Assembly: GCA_025603075.1 (NCBI GenBank)
Contig: MU626300.1
Coordinates: forward strand, 62,001 to 126,000
DNA: 64,000 nt
Reading direction: 5' to 3'
DNA from: Neoconidiobolus thromboides FSU 785
Lineage: Eukaryota; Fungi; Entomophthoromycota
This document shows, piece after piece, positions 11,786 to 25,000 of this stretch (positions are counted from its first letter, which is position 1; every line of letters starts with the position of its first letter). Under the pieces are notes generated by a model. It ran no database searches. It was not told the DNA's origin and was given only the letters and a program-made list of their open reading frames with translations. The position numbers were made by a program, and so were the translations under genes.

Positions 11786-13965
11786 ATGTCGTTATCAATT
11801 GGAAAAAATATTGGCAAATTTAAGCAGGTAAACTATAAGAACAATCGATATATAATAAACAATTATCATTATATCCTCAATTGTTATTTTGAAAAAGCAA
11901 TCATATATACTTGTAAGTATTAACTCTTTTTCTTAGTGGACAAGTGAAAGAATTGGCGCTGCTGAAAAAACAGATACTTCTGAAGAATTCAAAAATCTAG
12001 AGTATGAGACTGATCAAAGAAAAGAAGCTTTAGAAAGGTTAGAAATGTCAATGGACACATATCTGAAGGTTTTAAGTAAGAGATTTTCAAATTATCTTAA
12101 TTGAGTTTTATCTTTGATTCAGGTAAAAGAAAGCCAACTCAAGATGATAAAAGTAAAACCATGCCTATTGAAGCATTAGGAACCTGTATGATTAATCAAG
12201 CGTATGTTATTGGTGAAACTACAAAATATGGTAAGATATTTAATATGTAGAGATGAGTTGGTACTTATTGTGGTGTGCAGGAAAATGCCTTAATCTCACT
12301 GGCCAAGCCCATGAAAAAATTGCAACTATCCAAGGTGAATATGTAAAGAGAACACTAACATTTATTTTACGATAATAATAATGATAAATTTGATTTAGGT
12401 CAATAATGCACGTATGGGATATTATTCTAATTTGGAAAGATCTTTGTTAGACCTTAAAGAATATCAAGTAAAATATAATATGAAAGTTTACTCAAAGTTT
12501 TAATAATTAATAGAGTTTAAGAAAAAAGTTGGAAAATCGTCGATTGGATTTAGATGCTAAACTTTCAAAGGTTCAAAAAGCAAAAAGAGAAAAGCCAGAG
12601 TTAGAAGAAGAAGTCCGTGCTGCACAAGTTAAATACGATGATTCTTTAGCTGAATCACAAGCGAGAATGGTAATGATAGCTGAATCTGAGGTAACAATAT
12701 TTATTTTATATTAACAGTTTGACTGAATAAACAAATAAAGGAATATCATGCAAGAGACCTTGCTCTTTTAGTTAAATCGGAGCTTGAATATTATACAAAA
12801 TCTGCTGAGATATTACAGCCACTTCTGGAGAAACTAAATGAAATGTAAATAATGGTTATTATATAATAATAGTTTATTTAAATGTTATTAGAAATAATTC
12901 AGAAATGGTCAAAAAACGTCAAAGCTCTTCAAACCTTAGAAATGGCTTTTCATCAGTCGGTCGTTCAAGCCCGTATTCCGAGAGAGAGTACAGAAATTAC
13001 AGTGAAGACGAAGAGAGAGTATCTCGTTCACCTACTACAGTCAAAGAATTTTCGGAAAGGAAGGCTACTACTAGATCAGCATTGAGATCTAGAACTCAAG
13101 AACGTGCTGCTTTACCTCCACCCATACCACGCAGACAAGGTAAATATCATATAAAATATATTATTAACTATATCATTAAATCAATATTTAAAAAGATACT
13201 AAAAAGAGAGTTAAATGTGTATTTGAATTTGAATCTAACGAAGATGATGAGCTAAGTATATATGTTGGAGACGTTATTACCGTGATAAAAGAGATTGACG
13301 AGGGATGGTGGATAGGTGAAATTAATGAAGGAAGAAATAAACGCTCAGGTATGTTTCCAGTAAACTATACTGAACCGATCGCTGAAGAAAAGCCAAAGAT
13401 CCCAATAAGTCATAGCTTTGATGACAACGATCCATGGGAAGTAACCGAAAATGTAGGATCGCGTTCCTCTTATAGCCAAAAATATGAAGAACCTCAAGAG
13501 ATTGAATATGAAGAACCTGAATATGAAGAGCCTGAATATGAGCCTGAACCACCACGCCCTAGTTACCGCCGTTCTAACACTACATCAGCAGTTCCTACTC
13601 GTGGTGGCTCAAACAGGAATCCACCATTGCCCAGCCGTAACGCTGAAACTCCACCTAATCCAAGCTCACGTCAACCGCCGCCATTCCCTCAAAGATCTAA
13701 TAACACTAACATCCCCCCTCCACGCCCTTCTGGACCAAAGCCATCTTTAGCTTCATCGGCCCCATCAAGAAATTCGCCCCTTTCTACTCAAGCACCACGC
13801 TCATCGCCATTACGTAATCCAAATAACCCAGCATCTGCAGTAGCAGCGGCTGTTAATTCGGATGATTTAGGCCTTCTTCCAGAATGTAGAGAATGTGGGT
13901 GTGACGAATTCAGTGCTAATGTATTTAAAAAGGGCACATGCAATAATTGCTTTCATAAACATTAG
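11786..13965 (+). CDS. Endophilin-like N-BAR + SH3 protein with Pro-rich tail and C-terminal Cys/His motif (9 exons)
   Basis: MSLSIGKNIGKFKQ|WTSERIG...EEFKNLE BAR start; LENRRLDLDAK; SH3 EIDEGWWIGE...GMFPVNY; ends CRECGCDEFSANVFKKGTCNNCFHKH. Confidence 0.88.
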
Positions 13966-14562
13966 ATTAGTAATCAAAATGAAATATTTAGAAGAATTGG
14001 TATTATTTTGAGTTTAATTTATTTTGGAGGTTACTAAATTGAATAGCAGTTGTACTATATCAAATCTATCATTTAATAAAGATATATTTTATGTTTTTAA
14101 AATGAAGTAGTATATAATATTAAAGTTATTGATACATGATTTAGGCTTGGAGGAATATTAACTTTAGATGAGCTATTTTGAAAAATATGTTCCTTAACTT
14201 AAATCATTTGACTCGAAGTTTTATGATATTTAAATTATTATTCTTTATACTGATTTAAATAAAAATCATAAAGCTTTTAAAATAAATATCTTGAAGCAAC
14301 TAGATATTATGATAGCGAATAATTACTCAGTTTTGAGCAATTTATTTTAGCTCTTATAGGTCACATTTATTAAATTTAATTTTTTTATTTCCTTTTATGT
14401 CCTAGTCATTTTTTGCCCTTATTTTGTTATTTGAACTATTTTAAAAAAAAATCAAATTGAAACAATTGTTAATACATAATTTCAAAATAAATTTATTATT
14501 GCAATATTTGAGAATCAACTCAAGAACTATAAGCCAAAAGCTAATATGAATTATCAAAAAAA

Positions 14563-15924
14563 TTAAATACCATCTACATGGGGCCCATGAGGAACTATTG
14601 GGTTTATACCTCTAGTAACAGAGCAAGAGTTATTATTGCCAAAATCGCAATAAACTGCACTAGAGCCATTGTATTTACAAGTAGTTCCCGATGCACATTG
14701 GCGTAAAAGCCATTTTCCATTATAACATAATGCATAACTGTTTCCATTACAAGAATAATACCCCTCATTACTGCAGGAATTTCCGTTAATTGGGCAAGTT
14801 CCAGGAACAGAGGTGGTTGTGGTAGTGGTGGCACTAGTGGTAGTTGAGGTAACTGGAGGATTAGACGTTGAGGTAGCAGTAGAGGTAACTGGGGGCTTAG
14901 TGGTTGAAGCGGTGGTAGAGGTAACTGGAGGGGTAGAAGTAGAAGTAGGGACAGTTCCTCCACAAGTTCCTTGGGCTAAGAAACTGGCTACACTCTGTCC
15001 AAAGCTACCATTATTATAAACTTGAGAAGCATCCCAAAACATTAAACCACCAAAATTTGGATATTGTGAGCGCACCTGTGATACTTTTGAAGAAATAGTG
15101 CCAGCATCGACGTAACCATTATTGGCACCTGTTTGGCCACCTGGTAAACCTACGTATAATTTCACATTCTTATTGACAGCAGTATTCTTTGCCCAGTTAT
15201 CCCAGTCAGCATAATTAAATTGAGCGTTCAAGCCACAATAATTATTATAGAATTGAATAAAAACCATATCAAACCATGCGCTATTTAAAACAGGACCGAG
15301 ATAGCCATCTGGGAATGGACATTGTGGGGCAGCAGCAATATAGTACTTCTTAGAAGGATCGCTTGCATATAATCCACGTAACTCATTAATGAACGCAGTA
15401 TATCCAGTTGAAGAACCACCTTCAATATCTAAATCTACACCATCTAATACTGCATCACCAAATGGTCTATTTGTAGTTGTCCCTTTAAATAAGGAATCCC
15501 AGATTTGACGAGCAAAGTTTTTACCATCAGCATCAGACCCAAAACCATATGAACCAGCAGCTCCTCCCAATGACATTAAAACAGCAACGCCTTTGGATTG
15601 ACAGTATTTAATATCTGCACCAATGGCAGGACAAGTTAAGAGATCTGTACCAGGGAATGTAGTTTCACATGCACTGCTAAGATTAATCAATGGCGTATTT
15701 TTTCCATTAAAAACGTGCATGAATGATAAATTAACGAGAGACACTCCAGGCTGATCACAATAATATTTTAGTGGCTTTTGAGCATTTCCATCGTTTCCAT
15801 GAGTAGCACCATAGGAATTTTGCCCCCAATAGAGTACTAAATTACTATTACAATTGACGTTAAAAGCATCAATTGCTGAACCAGAAAGAGCTAAACTTAA
15901 AACAAATGTAGATATGAATTTCAT
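14563..15924 (-). CDS. Secreted GH18 class III (CTS1-like) chitinase with Ser/Thr linker and C-terminal Cys-rich chitin-binding (CBM19-like) module; intronless
   Basis: Signal peptide, YWGQN, SLGGA, catalytic DGVDLDIE, AAPQCPFPD, QFYNNYC, GG.MFWD. Confidence 0.95.
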   Translation of the reverse strand: MKFISTFVLSLALSGSAIDAFNVNCNSNLVLYWGQNSYGATHGNDGNAQKPLKYYCDQPGVSLVNLSFMHVFNGKNTPLINLSSACETTFPGTDLLTCPAIGADIKYCQSKGVAVLMSLGGAAGSYGFGSDADGKNFARQIWDSLFKGTTTNRPFGDAVLDGVDLDIEGGSSTGYTAFINELRGLYASDPSKKYYIAAAPQCPFPDGYLGPVLNSAWFDMVFIQFYNNYCGLNAQFNYADWDNWAKNTAVNKNVKLYVGLPGGQTGANNGYVDAGTISSKVSQVRSQYPNFGGLMFWDASQVYNNGSFGQSVASFLAQGTCGGTVPTSTSTPPVTSTTASTTKPPVTSTATSTSNPPVTSTTTSATTTTTTSVPGTCPINGNSCSNEGYYSCNGNSYALCYNGKWLLRQCASGTTCKYNGSSAVYCDFGNNNSCSVTRGINPIVPHGPHVDGI

Positions 15925-15967
15925 TTTAGTATAAAAATGTTAAAGTAAAGTACAGTATTTCTGTGTG

Positions 15968-15975
15968 TTTATATA
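15968..15975 (-). promoter_or_regulatory. TATA-like box upstream of chitinase
   Basis: TATATAAA about 45 bp upstream of the ATG. Similar boxes lie upstream of the RNase T2 gene (33845-33852), the subtilisin (37898-37905) and homeobox 2 (55808-55815). The AT-rich background weakens the call. Confidence 0.4.
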
Positions 15976-16796
15976 CTTTGTGATTTGTACTTATGTATAC
16001 AGGATCAAGTCATTCCGATTTTTGCTTATTTATTAATAAGTTTTATAATTAAAAGGAGAGTTTAATATTATCTTATCACATTACCAGGACACAGTATGCC
16101 AATCGTTATTTGATAGAGATAAGGTTTGTTTGACATTATACCAAATATGGATGAACCTTATGGATTTAATGTTTTTATCAAATACCTGATAGTCATTAAA
16201 TAAATAAATAAATAATTGGACTTATTTACTTTACACAGACATTACCTTTTTAATTTAACACTTCTATATTTTTACTATCATTTGATTCTTATCATGACTT
16301 TAGGCTTAAGTTTATAAGGTAATATATTGCTTTTACTGAGATGTCTTGTGATACTTGGCCTCATTTTAGATCCCTAAATGATAGGGTGACTGTCACAATG
16401 GATGATTTCCAATAACTTCATCATTTCTTTAGCATTATACCAAATTTAGTGATTTAAATTAAATAGTTGAAACTCAACCAATCGCAGCAATATATTGTCT
16501 AAATTTTGCAATTTACTATCAATTTAAAAAAACTTTAAACTCAGTTTAAAACTTAAATTTGATTATAAATTTATTTAATCCAAATAAACAAGATAAAATA
16601 AAAAAAAATAAAAGAGATACGATTGACTTGAGATAAAGTACTCGTACTTTTGGTTTTTTGAAGCCTATGGTTATTTTTCTGTTTTTTACAGTCTTTTCTT
16701 TAATTTTGTTTTTGATATTTGGATAGTTGACACACAATGTTTAGTTCTTTTGAACTCTTGCTTTTTAAACGATAGTTTAAGAAATGTTGACAAAAT

Positions 16797-16895
16797 GGGG
16801 ATGTATTTTTTTGTTTAATAATTTTACTAACAATCTCACCGCCTAAATAGCGCTCAAAAAATGGAAAAAGTTATGAAGTTAAAAAAAACAGTTCC
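16797..16895 (+). mobile_element. MITE copy C
   Basis: GGGGATG...CAGTTCC; AAAT/AAAT flanks. Confidence 0.85.
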
Positions 16896-16934
16896 AAATG
16901 TTATTTATGTACAGCTGTTTAAATTTAAATACGT

Positions 16935-17030
16935 AGGAGTGTTTTTGATTTCATTACTTTTTTCATCTTTTAAACATTATTTGAGTGGAAAGATTGTTAG
17001 TAAGATTCTTAAACACAAAAATACATCCCC
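16935..17030 (-). mobile_element. MITE copy D (inverted relative to C, 39 bp away)
   Basis: AGGAGTG...CATCCCC; ACGT/ATGT flanks. Confidence 0.85.
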
Positions 17031-17269
17031 ATGTACTATATAGTTATAATTTTTATAGCCATTAATTTGGATCATTGTGTTAGATGGAATTTAACTATTA
17101 ATTTAATTTTAAATGAGCATTTAGTAAGCACCCATTTGAACTTAAACAGTTGTACTGAACTTTATTTCAACTTTAAATATTTACAGCTGCTGCAACTCTA
17201 TTGTGATCCAATTTGTAGTGATTTTTAGAGCCAGTTACTTATTTGTTTAGTTTTTTTAAAACGTAATAT

Positions 17270-17367
17270 GGGGATGTTTTTTTTGGTTTCATTACTTTTC
17301 CATTTTTTAAGTGCTATTTGAGTAGAAAAGTTGTTAATAAAGTCCTTAAACACAAAAACACATCCCC
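17270..17367 (-). mobile_element. MITE copy E
   Basis: GGGGATG...CATCCCC; ATAT/ATAC flanks. Confidence 0.88.
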
Positions 17368-17434
17368 ATACCTTTATTTTTAAGTTAACAGCTAATTAAG
17401 TTGTAATAGAGCTCCTGCAGCTATATTAAGATAT

Positions 17435-17532
17435 GACGATATATTTTTTTTGTTTAAGAATTTTATCAACGATCTTTCCACTCAAATAATGCTTAAAAAT
17501 GGAAAACTGATGAAGCCAAAAAAAACAGTGTC
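17435..17532 (+). mobile_element. MITE copy F
   Basis: GACGATA...CAGTGTC; ATAT/ATAT flanks; internal sequence matches the consensus. Confidence 0.82.
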
Positions 17533-17816
17533 ATATTTTTAATTTTTTAAGTGATTGTTAACAAAATTAAATAGACATTAAAGTTATAGTATGAATGATG
17601 CAGTATTTTGTTTAAATCATGAATATAGTAAGGAGAAAAAAAGGAATTAAACAAACTAAAGTAAAAAAAGATAAGGATTCTAAAAAAAGTAAATAAAACT
17701 AAAAATATCATTACGGAAACTCTTAATTTTGTTCACTTTATTGAAAATCATTATCGATTTTTTTATTTTAGTTTGTTTAGATTTTTTTCTCGTTATAGCC
17801 ATAATATAAAAAATAC

Positions 17817-17914
17817 GGGAGTGTTTTTTTTGACTTCTTATTTCTTCCATTTTTTAAGCACTATTTAAGCGGAAAAATTGTTGATAAAATTCTTAAACAC
17901 AAAAATACATCCCC
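17817..17914 (-). mobile_element. MITE copy G
   Basis: GGGAGTG...CATCCCC; AATAC occurs on both sides (boundary ambiguous by 1 nt). Confidence 0.85.
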
Positions 17915-18032
17915 AATACTTATATCAGTTTTAAACGTTGGTGCTTTTTTTAATAACTTTTTACTATAATTAAAATATGGTTTAATAACTTCAAGCTTTT
18001 TGTAACATTTAACAACTAACTCGGGACATTGC

Positions 18033-18098
18033 AACTAATAATTTTTTTATTCAATAGTATTTAAAAAATGAAAAGATGAAATTAAAAAGGAAACCCTT
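18033..18098 (+). mobile_element. Degenerate partial MITE copy U
   Basis: ACTAATAATTTTT...TCAATAGTATTTAAAAAATGAAAAGATGAAATTAAAAA aligns to the right two-thirds of the consensus. Confidence 0.5.
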
Positions 18099-18265
18099 AT
18101 ATATAAATATTTATTTTGTCAATATTGTTTCTAAGTATCATAAAAAAAGCAAAAAATAAAACGAATGTTGTTTTCTCCAAAAGTGTATACTACTATAAAG
18201 GCTGCCATTATGAATGAAATGCCGATTTTCTAAAAACTTGACCGATAATTTTTCGATTCGGCTAT

Positions 18266-18305
18266 TTTTTTTATAAAACCGGGAATTTTTTTATAAAACC
18301 GGGAA
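18266..18305. repeat. Perfect 20-bp tandem duplication
   Basis: TTTTTTTATAAAACCGGGAA x2. Confidence 0.9.
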
Positions 18306-21300
18306 CTTTGAATTCAAAATGCAATATCTAAAAGCACCTTTCAGAAAAAATACATTGAGGCATAAATTCTTACTATTTATAATTCAACAATTTATAATTA
18401 TATATAATACCCTAACTAACATAATTGAACTGATATCCAAAAAAAGCAAAAATCACTTTTTATATTATGAAATTCATATTAGATACCTTTGTGTGTGTAA
18501 CTTCAAAAAAACTCTTTTTGCTGAAAGCACTAAAGCTTCCGTTTTCATTTTTTAGTAAACATAAAGCTGGAAATGTTCATATTTGATTCATCAATAAGGA
18601 TGTGAATAAAAAAATAGTGTTTTAAGGGAGAAATGAATTATATAGTTGAACGCAAACTACATTTGAATGCGTTATATGCTTTTGTATTAGAATAGAAGTG
18701 CCAATTGTGAGTAAAAAAGGTTTACTTATTTTTATAGTGAACGGTATAAAATCATGCGTATTATTAATACACTATAATAGTTAAAGTTTCGGTGTAAATT
18801 TTATGGTGATTATTTTTCCAATTACTATCATGAGATTCGCATAAAACATGATTTTGTGATATTGAGTTTTAGTAGAACATTTAAAAGTTGTAATCAGATA
18901 AGTTTATAAAGTCTTAATGTGAGGAACTATACTCATGCTACATAGTAAAAAAATAGATACTAAGGAACTTATATCTGGTTTATAGCTTAACACGGAAAGG
19001 CACAGAAATGGTAATACTAAAATATTAATCAATTATAGCATGCTTAAAACTACAAGACAGGACGAAGTATTGAAAACTATAATGTCTCAGTACAAAATTT
19101 TTGATTTTGTTTTCTTTTTTTGTTATTATTCATTTCATTAGATTCAGCCTATAGAAATAATAAAATACTTTATCGACATGGTATTTAGCTAACTCCTATA
19201 TGAACTATAATAAATAATATCTCACGATTTTTAAACCACAATTGATAATTATTAATTCAGAAATATTTTTTAGCTGACTTATAATATCACCATCGTTTTA
19301 TCTGTCTTTACACACATTTGAATACCTTATATTTGCATTTTGATATAATCTTATTTATAAAACATATAAAAATCCAATGAATTATAGCAGCCTGCTATGC
19401 AGATAAAGACCACAACTAAAAGGTATCATTTCTTTTGAGTAACAGACACAATAAACTGGGATTTCATCCTTTTTGTTATTTTTATACATTTCTGATAAAT
19501 ATAGAAAGCTATTTTCTTATTTAATAATATTGAAAGTTATTGAAATACATAATCAAACTATATTTTTTATACACAAATAAGACTTGATATTAAATCACAG
19601 CTCAAATTAAAGTCGACTTAAATTATCTTCTAACATAAAATTAATAAATTATAATATACACATACATAGATTATTATTACTATATATTATAAGTTTGTTA
19701 TCACTTTACAATTATAGTAGTCCCAAGTAGCCGACACACGATAATTTAAGCTCTTTTCACATGAGACTAAGTTTTTAAAGAATTGAGCAGCTTTCTTTTC
19801 AACTATTAGGTTACCATGGGGTGGAGGTTCTCAGTGATTTTATGTCTTATTTCAATAATAGTTCTAAAAAAAATAGTTGGGAGAGGGGGTTGTTTTAGCT
19901 TAGCTAAAAAATTGATCCTTTAACTCTCGAAAAGGTAATTGCATATGAATCTATTACGTATAGGAGCCTTTCATTTTACTACAGTTTTATTATAAAACAA
20001 ATATTGTTTACTATTACTGTTGCAGCTTTTATCAACTATTTAGCGCCAATTTTTACAGTCAAACAATTTAAATATCTAATTTTCACAAAGCCTAGTCTTT
20101 ATATTTTAGCCAAATTCTAACATAAATTTTACTCTAAATAAACTGTTAGATAATTTGAAAAGAACTGCAACAGATATAATAGCAATCAGCTTTATTCTAT
20201 TAGATTGAATTTTACCCAACTTTAATTACCCGAAACTAACCAATATACTTTTAGTTTTTATCTGCGTTGAAATATTACATATTATGATTAATGTAAAAGA
20301 TATTCTTGAAATCTAATTTAAACCATTATAGAGTAGATAAGATAGTGTAATTTATGAAACTAAGGATTCATGTATAAATACAACCTAAAATAAAGGCTGA
20401 TTATGAAAGGAATAATTGAAATAAAAAGGCTTTCATTTTTGCGAAAAATGGATTAAAAAGTAATCATTTATTTTTACTAAATAAAATGAATAACTTAATT
20501 AAAATTTTTAATGGGTTTTGAACGTTATTAAATCATAAAAAATCTAGACATTTTCTAATTCTTTTTATAATAATACCTCTTATTTTAAATACTTTCGCAG
20601 GTTGTATTTTCAAAATAATAATACTAATTTTTTTAGTATCAATTTTTATCAACTATAACTATCATATAAACAAAATCTCATTTGATCCTTGAAATTGTGA
20701 AATGTTTTAAACTGCACTCAATATAGGTGTAGTTTTAAAAGTAATTCTCAAACAGAATTTATGTTATTTGAAGTTTTAATATACCATGAAATTATCACAA
20801 AGAGTTTATTGTCTTTTCAACCAATCCTTTCAATAATAAATTAGCTTAAGAAGCAATGCTTTGAATGGAGGCTATTCTATATAATCCGGCATATTGAGTG
20901 TATCTACACAACCTCAAAGTATTTATGAAAGAATTTGACTAAAGTTGAATCATGGTGAAAAGCCACAACGATGAAATAATGGCCTAAAAAGATATTGAAG
21001 AATAATAAATTTAATTTGAGTTTTACTATAACCGTTGCCTAACCCTGACTAGGACTCGATTTATATCCCAAGGCCAACCTCTGAAAAGATTAAAGTAAGT
21101 ACATGTACTTAGCCTAAAAAACTTTCATGTGGATCATTTTTTTAATGAATAGGAAGTATCTCAAATCACTGGGTTTATCTTTTAGCTTATGCATTAGAAT
21201 ACAATCACTATTCTATTATTAGCTATATTGCTCTAAAAATATAAAGATAATAATTTATTAGAATACAATGAAATAAAATAATGAAGTAAAATAATGAAAT

Positions 21301-21377
21301 GATGAAATTAATTTTTTATTTAATACAATATTAAAAATAACAAAACTTTAAACTATCAAAATATCTCAACCAACAAG

Positions 21378-22049
21378 CTACAAATTCATGTAAGACACAT
21401 TCATATGACTTGTTGTATCTTGTGGAAGGGTATTTTGAAATAAATCCATATTATCGTAAGTGTTTGTATAGAATGGGAATAATTGGTTATTAAACATTGA
21501 AATTTGGTTTAATATCATGGCATCGGTGGTAACAGGACATTGTTGATTTGGCATACTAAAATAGTTCATGTTTTGCGTGTCAAGAGCCATATTTAGTTGA
21601 GGATTATAGCTAAAATCAAAATTGGTGGGGTAGTTATTATATAAAGGCTGTGAAGTCAAAGCATTGAAATCCATATTCATATTTTGGTTGAAACTAATAT
21701 CGAATTCACTCGATCTTGGAGATGGATTAGTAATTGAAGATGCATCAACATTAATATCAACATTCATTCTTTTACGACCATCTCTCTTTGTTTTACGATT
21801 TAAAGTAGAAGGTGACATTTCACCCTTAGATCTGGCTTTAGTACGTCTGTTTTGAAACCAAATTTGTACGTTTCTTTCAGTCAACCCTAATTTTTTAGCT
21901 AACTCACTACGTACTTGGTTACTTGGTCTATTATCTTGTTTGAACAAATCTTCTAATCCTTTGATATGTTCAGCAGTCAATGTAGTTCTATGACGAGTAT
22001 AAGGACGATCATTAAAGTAAACGATTTGATTATCTACATTAAAATTCAT
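21378..22049 (-). CDS. Homeodomain transcription factor 1 (intronless)
   Basis: RHRTTLTAEH..GLEDLF...RSELAKKLGLTERNVQIWFQNRRTK. Confidence 0.93.
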   Translation of the reverse strand: MNFNVDNQIVYFNDRPYTRHRTTLTAEHIKGLEDLFKQDNRPSNQVRSELAKKLGLTERNVQIWFQNRRTKARSKGEMSPSTLNRKTKRDGRKRMNVDINVDASSITNPSPRSSEFDISFNQNMNMDFNALTSQPLYNNYPTNFDFSYNPQLNMALDTQNMNYFSMPNQQCPVTTDAMILNQISMFNNQLFPFYTNTYDNMDLFQNTLPQDTTSHMNVSYMNL

Positions 22050-25000
22050 TTTTTGTGTATGGTATATTAAATTATTAGATATCAGATTTTTGGGTAATAA
22101 ATAAAATGATTGTTTTAATTTATTTTTTTGATTTCAAAACTTGAGTATTTATATGTTTTTTGCCACCTTTGAATATCAGTAATGAAATGGATCACGTAAG
22201 AAAAATTATTTTCATTTTTAACAAATATAGATAAATTAACGTCCATTCACCAAATTTTGACTGTTATAAACCTCTAAATCTACTTGATGATGACAACGCT
22301 ATCTCGTTTTAAATAAAATTAACATATTAAGAGAAAGTGCGATTCATGCGTAGATTTAAAACAACTTATATTAAAAGCCCTAAAAAGTTTGAATTTTAAA
22401 AATCAATAATCTCAGCATTCAACATCTTACACTGGTGTGTGAAATTAAATGCTTTAATCACTTAATATTTTAAATGGTAATTTTCAAAGCTATAAAGCAA
22501 ATAGAACAAATTTTGCGATACTTGATTTATTTTTAATATTTCTAAATTTAAAATAAAAGGCTACTGTTATTCATAGTAAAAATGAAAAAATGATTTCATT
22601 ATATCAGTATTTATTTTATATTATTACTATTAATGAATAGCTAAAACCTTATTGTAGCTTATTTTACATTATATTGTAATCTATTATATTATTATCTACA
22701 TAACAAATGAATGTTGAATATCTTTTTATTCAAGTAATATTAGGTCCTAAAATGTAAATATATACTTATTACCATATTACATCAAGTTTCCGACAAGACA
22801 TAAAATACCCCTAATGTTTTTGATTGATTTATAAATATTAATTTAATATTCCTGTAAGAACTTTGGTAAATAAAATGAACTTCTAAAATTTAAACTTAAT
22901 TTCCAACCCTCTACTTTATTGTAATATGTTTCATGTTATTTAAACTATAATCTATTTACACTAATATTAATTATATTGTTATATAGTAATATCACTGAAA
23001 GCAGGCCATACAATATAAAAAACATTTTTATTATGATCAAGTTTCATATTCGCTATTTAATAATATAGGATCTTTTATTTGAAGGAATATTACCCAGGTC
23101 AATAAAGATACTTTAAAACTTTAATTTTAAACAAAAATTTGTTCAAAATAAGTAACTGTTAACTATTTAATGACATCTTTCATATTGTAAGTATATCTAA
23201 TATGAAAATTTCGTTCAATCGTTATAGTGGGAATGTATAGTATCTGATACTGATAATATAAATTATATTAAAGCGTTACTACAACATATAACTAGCAAAA
23301 CTCTTTGATGTAATTAATAAGTATATCTTATAAAATGTTCGATATTTAAAGCATAAACGCTATAAGCAAGTTGGTATTAATTTTAATAAAACAAAAAATT
23401 TACTCAATTAGGTAACTCTGGCGGCAGGCTTACTGAATATGTCAACTATATACCATTAGCTTATAAATATATAAAAGATATTTTTAAATAAAAAATTAAT
23501 TTTGGTTTTATTTAATGCAAGTTTATGTAGGATAGTTTAGATAAATTTAACTGGCCTTTTTTCAATGTGAATCTATGCATCAAGTTTTGAATAAGGCTCT
23601 AAATTTAAAAATAGAGCTTTTATTAATTTGATTTAATTCATTCAAAAATAAAATATTTCTAATATCTAACAAATATCAATTTGCACATCTTTGATACGAA
23701 TGATACCATTTATGAAGGGGTATTTTGAGCTTGTATTACTTCTTCATATGTATACTTTTAAGCTTAAAACTTGGTCTTAAATTCAATATTTACATTCTTT
23801 ATAGCTTTAAAGTATCGTTAATATTATAATACAGAGTATCCATATATAACACTGAGGGGTTTTATATCCACTAGAAACACTAATTAGTCAATTTATAAAC
23901 TGTCTTAATGAATTTAAAATAATGTTAATTGAGTGTAAATATTTTAAATTTAAATCAAGTGTGACTGCATAAATAAAATTCAATTTTGGGGTTTTGGGGA
24001 TAATGTATCATCATGCAATTAGTTTGAATTAGACTAATTTTATTAAAGTTTTAGTAAACCTTGATATAATTAAACTGCCTTCTAGTTTTGATAATTTAAG
24101 TGAAAATATACCCATCAAGCTTAAGTCAGCAGGAATTAAAACCCCTTGCTTATGACTGCAAAGGAGGGCAAAGTAAACTCGTTATAGCAAAATCTGTCTT
24201 ATAAGGAAATTTACCTTATAAAGAACTGACCGTATATTCATCAATATTATAAATTTCATTGCTTAGCTCCCAATGACTTTGAACATCAAATATGATAGTA
24301 AATTATAGTTAGCCTAAAAATCCTTAAATAAAGTTGATAGTTTCGTTCTTTCGCTATGTAAATTAGTCTATTAACTAAACCAACGATAAAAATAGAGATA
24401 CTAAAAGCTATGGTCTTTAAACTCAATAAAAATATTCAATATACTCAAAGTTTTAAAAACAATAATTATGTATGTAATTATTGTGAACATAGTAACTTAA
24501 TAAGCTACTAAAGCTAAAGTCGATGATTGGTCTATAGTAGCGACGGAAACATGCATAAAACATAGCTATTGTTTGACTATTTACATAAATTATTAACTCA
24601 TTTCAAGACATAACCCAAATGAAGAAATTTAGTAAAATTAATTCGAAATTTTATAATGCTCATAGTAAAGTATGAAGTTAAGCAAGGGCTGAAAATTTGA
24701 TACTAGAAATAAAGATAGAAATAAGATGAAATTAATATTAAACAGAAATTAAGTACGAAATCGCAGAAAGACTTTAAAAAGAAAAGATAAATTAATAATA
24801 TGAAAATCAAATGTGCTATTAAACCTAATTATGCATAATTTTTTTGACACGAAATCAAAGTAAAGTTAAAAAATATGATATTGACTTTAATTCATTATTA
24901 ACAACACTGAAAGACCTGTATAATTAATATGCAGTAGTAATAGATTTCACCTTTGCTTTATTAAATGTATATTTTAAAAGCAACTGTTTTATTCCAATTT

